64,000 bases of DNA from an uncultured Bacilli bacterium. GTDB lineage: Bacteria > Bacillota_I > Bacilli_A > RF39 > UBA660. Numbering within the stretch: the first letter of the stretch is position 1; each line of letters starts with the position of its first letter. The stretch is taken from the NCBI GenBank assembly GCA_947628895.1, contig CANRBS010000002.1:2818-66817 (forward strand). The letters are read 5' to 3'. Below, one piece after another: positions 60,942 through 64,000 of the stretch. Below the pieces are notes generated by a model. That model ran no database searches, was not told the origin of the DNA, and worked only from the letters and a program-made list of their open reading frames with translations. A program made the translations under genes and the position numbers.

Positions 60942-61118
60942 ATGATTATTAGTATTTTAAAGAAAATAGTTTGGTCACTATGCCTACTATATACTGTTAA
61001 TATAGTAATAAGCACCAAAGGTAAAATAATACCAATAAATCCTTATACAATATTTATTATATATTTCTTTGACTTTTTTGGAATAATAGCTATAATATAT
61101 TTGAAATATTATTGTTAA
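60942..61118 (+). CDS. bofA: BofA-like pro-sigma-K processing inhibitor (short, 58 aa)
   Basis: Below the ORF-track cutoff. MIISILKKIVWSLCLLYTVNIVISTKGKIIPINPYTIFIIYFFDFFGIIAIIYLKYYC parallels BofA (..VCVNMFGGSLGIHVPINLVTT..GIPGIAALVVIK). Lies downstream of recR as in B. subtilis. RBS AAGGAG. Confidence 0.55.
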   Translation: MIISILKKIVWSLCLLYTVNIVISTKGKIIPINPYTIFIIYFFDFFGIIAIIYLKYYC

Positions 61119-61131
61119 TGGAGGTGCAAAA

Positions 61132-61923
61132 ATGGGTAAAATATTTGATTACTTTGATAAATTAAGTAAAGAAAATATGCTTACTCAAGCCTTCATTATT
61201 GGAAATACAACATATGATGAAATCAAAGATGAATTAAATAAAGTTTTAAAATCATATTTTTTTCAAAATTGTGAAAATATGGATGAAAATCCTGATTTAT
61301 ATGTTTTAAAACAAGAAGATGGTATTGTATCAAAAGATGATATAAAAAATTTATTAAATGAAATATCAACAACATCACAGTTTAATAGTACTAAAGTATA
61401 TATAATAGATAAATGTGAAAAACTAAATGACTTTGCATACAATGCAATACTTAAAACATTAGAAGAACCACAAGAAAATATATATGCAATATTACTTACA
61501 ACTAATATGGATAGTGTTAAACCTACAATATTAAGTAGATGTCAAAAAATATTTATTTCATCATCAACTAAAGATGAAATTGATGAAAAATATGCAGATA
61601 TTTCATTAGAAATAATAAAACAAATAGAAGAAAATAATATAAAGTCAATAGCATTAAATTATAAAATGTATAGTATCATTGAAGATAGAAATTATTTACA
61701 AAATGTATTAAAATATATATTGAATAAATATCATCAATCATTAGAAAACATAGTAAATGATAAAGTTGATAAAGATGATATAATAGTTAAAAACAACGAT
61801 ATTGTTATGATATCTAAAAAAATATTAATAATTAACAATAATATTAATAGATTAGAAAATAATTTAAATAAAAATTTAAGTATTGATAGATTTATTATTG
61901 AAATGTGGAGATGTAATATATGA
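61132..61923 (+). CDS. holB: DNA polymerase III delta-prime subunit
   Basis: AYNAILKTLEEP and SRCQKIF motifs, no intact P-loop; sits upstream of ricT. Confidence 0.75.
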   Translation: MGKIFDYFDKLSKENMLTQAFIIGNTTYDEIKDELNKVLKSYFFQNCENMDENPDLYVLKQEDGIVSKDDIKNLLNEISTTSQFNSTKVYIIDKCEKLNDFAYNAILKTLEEPQENIYAILLTTNMDSVKPTILSRCQKIFISSSTKDEIDEKYADISLEIIKQIEENNIKSIALNYKMYSIIEDRNYLQNVLKYILNKYHQSLENIVNDKVDKDDIIVKNNDIVMISKKILIINNNINRLENNLNKNLSIDRFIIEMWRCNI

Positions 61924-62732
61924 ATTTAATAGGAGTAGAATTTAAAAAAGGTGGTAAACAATATATATTTAATGATAATGGTTTTAAATTAAATATAGGT
62001 GATAATGTAATAGTTGATACAGAAAGAGGAAGTCAATTTGCAACAGTCGCATGTATATATGAAAAGAATGATAATTTAGAACATGCAAATATATTAAAAG
62101 TAGCCACAAAAGAAGATGAAAGACAAAACAATACAAATATAAAAGAAGCTAAAAAAGCAATATCAAAAGCAGAAGAACTAGCTAATAAATTAAATCTTGA
62201 TATGAAATTTTTAGATGCATATTTCACATTTGATAGAAAACAATTAGTATTTCAATTTCTAGCAGATAATAGAGTTGATTTTAGAGAACTAGCAAAGAAT
62301 CTAGCAGCTATCTATAAAACAAGAATAGAATTAAGACAAGTAGGAGTAAGAGATAAAGCAAAAGAAATTTCTGGTATTGGACAATGTGGTAGAAAATTAT
62401 GTTGTTCTACATTCTTAAATGATTTAGATTCAGTAGGTATAGCACAAGTAAAAAATCAAAACTTAGCACTTAATCCTAATAAAATAAATGGATTATGTGG
62501 AAGACTTTTATGTTGTTTAAAATATGAAGATGATTTATATTCTTTATATAGAGAAGACTTACCAGAAGTAGGAGATAAAGTAAATTATGAAGGAGTAGAG
62601 GGTACTGTAGTATCATTAGATATACCAAGAAGAAAATATACAATTTTAACAGATGAAAGTAATAAAATTGAAGTAGAAGTACCTTTTAAAAAAGATACAA
62701 AAGATGCAAAAAGAAGAAAAAGTAATAAATGA
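61920..62732 (+). CDS. ricT: PSP1-domain protein RicT/YaaT
   Basis: PSP1 C-terminal domain with Cys clusters GQCGRKLCC and GLCGRLLCCLKYE. Confidence 0.85.
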   Translation: MNLIGVEFKKGGKQYIFNDNGFKLNIGDNVIVDTERGSQFATVACIYEKNDNLEHANILKVATKEDERQNNTNIKEAKKAISKAEELANKLNLDMKFLDAYFTFDRKQLVFQFLADNRVDFRELAKNLAAIYKTRIELRQVGVRDKAKEISGIGQCGRKLCCSTFLNDLDSVGIAQVKNQNLALNPNKINGLCGRLLCCLKYEDDLYSLYREDLPEVGDKVNYEGVEGTVVSLDIPRRKYTILTDESNKIEVEVPFKKDTKDAKRRKSNK

Positions 62733-63465
62733 TTTAGTATATTTTAATAAATTAAAAATAGTTCAAAATAAGAATTATTTTAATTTTAGTTTGGATTCAG
62801 TTTTACTACCAGACTTTGCTATTGTAAATGAAAATACTAAAAATATATTAGATTTATGTACTGGAAATGCACCAGTTCCTTTAATTTTATCAACTAAAAC
62901 AAATAAAAATACAAGTATAACAGGTGTAGAATTACAAAAAGAAATATATGATTTAGCTATTGAAAGTGTAAAAATAAACAATTTAGAAAATAAAATAAAA
63001 GTATTAAATATTGATGCTAAAGAATTAACTAAAATTTATGAAACAGATACATTTGATTTAATTACTTGTAATCCTCCATATTTTAAATACAATAAAGAAA
63101 GTATTACTAATGAAAATGAAATAAAAGCAACAGCAAGACATGAGAAATATATTACGGTTGAAGATATTATAAAAATATCTAGAAAATTATTAAAAAATAC
63201 CGCATCTTTATGTATAATACATAGAACCGAAAGATTACTAGATATAATTGAACTTATGAGAAAAAATAATATAGAACCAAAAAGAATAAGGTTAATTTAT
63301 CCAAAAATGAATAGTGAATCAAATTTAGTACTTATTGATGGTCATAAAAATGGTAAAAGTTCTTTAAAAATATTACCACCATTATATATTCATAATGAAG
63401 ATGGTACATATACAGAAGAAGTATTAAAAATATTTGGTAAAAAAATAGAAAGGTATAGAAAATGA
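62704..63465 (+). CDS. SAM-dependent N6-adenine methyltransferase, YabB/TrmN6-like
   Basis: DLCTGNA SAM motif and NPPY catalytic motif; conserved position before rsmI. Confidence 0.75.
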   Translation: MQKEEKVINDLVYFNKLKIVQNKNYFNFSLDSVLLPDFAIVNENTKNILDLCTGNAPVPLILSTKTNKNTSITGVELQKEIYDLAIESVKINNLENKIKVLNIDAKELTKIYETDTFDLITCNPPYFKYNKESITNENEIKATARHEKYITVEDIIKISRKLLKNTASLCIIHRTERLLDIIELMRKNNIEPKRIRLIYPKMNSESNLVLIDGHKNGKSSLKILPPLYIHNEDGTYTEEVLKIFGKKIERYRK

Positions 63466-64000
63466 TACAAAAAAGTTATGAAAAAAGTGAATATGGAAAT
63501 TTATATTTAATACCAACACCAATTGGTAATCTAGAAGATATAACATTTAGAGCAATTAGAACATTAAAAAGTGTTGATATAGTTTTTGCAGAAGATACAA
63601 GAGAAACTTTTACTTTACTTAAATATTATGATATTAATAAGAAAATAGAATCATGTCATAAATATACTGAAATGAAACATAAAGATAAAATAATTAATAT
63701 ATTAAAAAGTGGTAAAAATATAGGTTATGTAACAGATAGAGGAACACCACTTATTAGTGATCCAGGGAATGTTATTGTAGAAGAAGCAATAAAAAATAAT
63801 ATAACCGTAATTAGCTTACCTGGACCAAATGCAGTATTGCCAGCTTTAAATATGTCTGGAATAAGTAATGAAAGATTCCTATTTTATGGATTTTTAAATA
63901 CTAAAAAAAGTCAAATGATTAAAGAATTAACTGAATTAAAAAATATAAAATATACGATAGTATTTTATGAGTCACCATATAGAATTGTAGATACACTTAA
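63462..64000 (+). CDS. rsmI: 16S rRNA C1402 2'-O-methyltransferase RsmI (3' end beyond window)
   Basis: ATG at 63462 overlaps the upstream stop. MIQKSYEKSEYGNLYLIPTPIGNLEDITFRAIRTLKSVDIVFAEDTR is the tetrapyrrole-methylase-fold RsmI N-terminus. Confidence 0.85.
   Translation, partial: MIQKSYEKSEYGNLYLIPTPIGNLEDITFRAIRTLKSVDIVFAEDTRETFTLLKYYDINKKIESCHKYTEMKHKDKIINILKSGKNIGYVTDRGTPLISDPGNVIVEEAIKNNITVISLPGPNAVLPALNMSGISNERFLFYGFLNTKKSQMIKELTELKNIKYTIVFYESPYRIVDTL

Overview
Very AT-rich Firmicutes chromosome segment spanning the replication origin. The conserved core on the minus strand is rsmG-mnmG-mnmE-jag-yidC-rnpA-rpmH. It is followed by oriC DnaA boxes, then dnaA-dnaN-(comK-like)-recF-gyrB-gyrA on the plus strand, then ffs-tadA-dnaX-ybaB-recR-bofA-holB-ricT-rsmI. 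The left 36 kb carries housekeeping genes (rplM-rpsI, rpsF-ssb-rpsR, typA, murA, prfA-prmC, rpoE, rpmE), sporulation genes (spoIID, a SpoIIQ-like protein, spoIIR), an [FeFe] hydrogenase and a two-component system. It also holds small accessory insertions: an Abi_2 gene and an island of three Xre-HTH genes plus a Fic gene. This gene content suggests an anaerobic spore-former related to Bacilli/Erysipelotrichia, which is inference only. The strongest finding is the 1.1 kb ORF-free gyrA-tadA spacer. It holds seven exact copies of the Noc-binding palindrome TATTTCCCGGGAAATA and two exact parS palindromes TGTTTCACGTGAAACA, arranged around the SRP RNA gene and partly inside a 170 bp direct repeat. 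The only ParB-family gene in the window is Noc-like in its DNA-recognition helices. It lacks the N-terminal membrane-targeting helix and has no soj/spo0J partner beside it. Second, a strong consensus promoter drives a roughly 480 nt ORF-free, comparatively G/C-rich leader directly upstream of a small 4-TM DUF21-like protein, which is a candidate large structured RNA (OLE/OapA-like hypothesis). No rRNA, tRNA, CRISPR array or transposase was seen.
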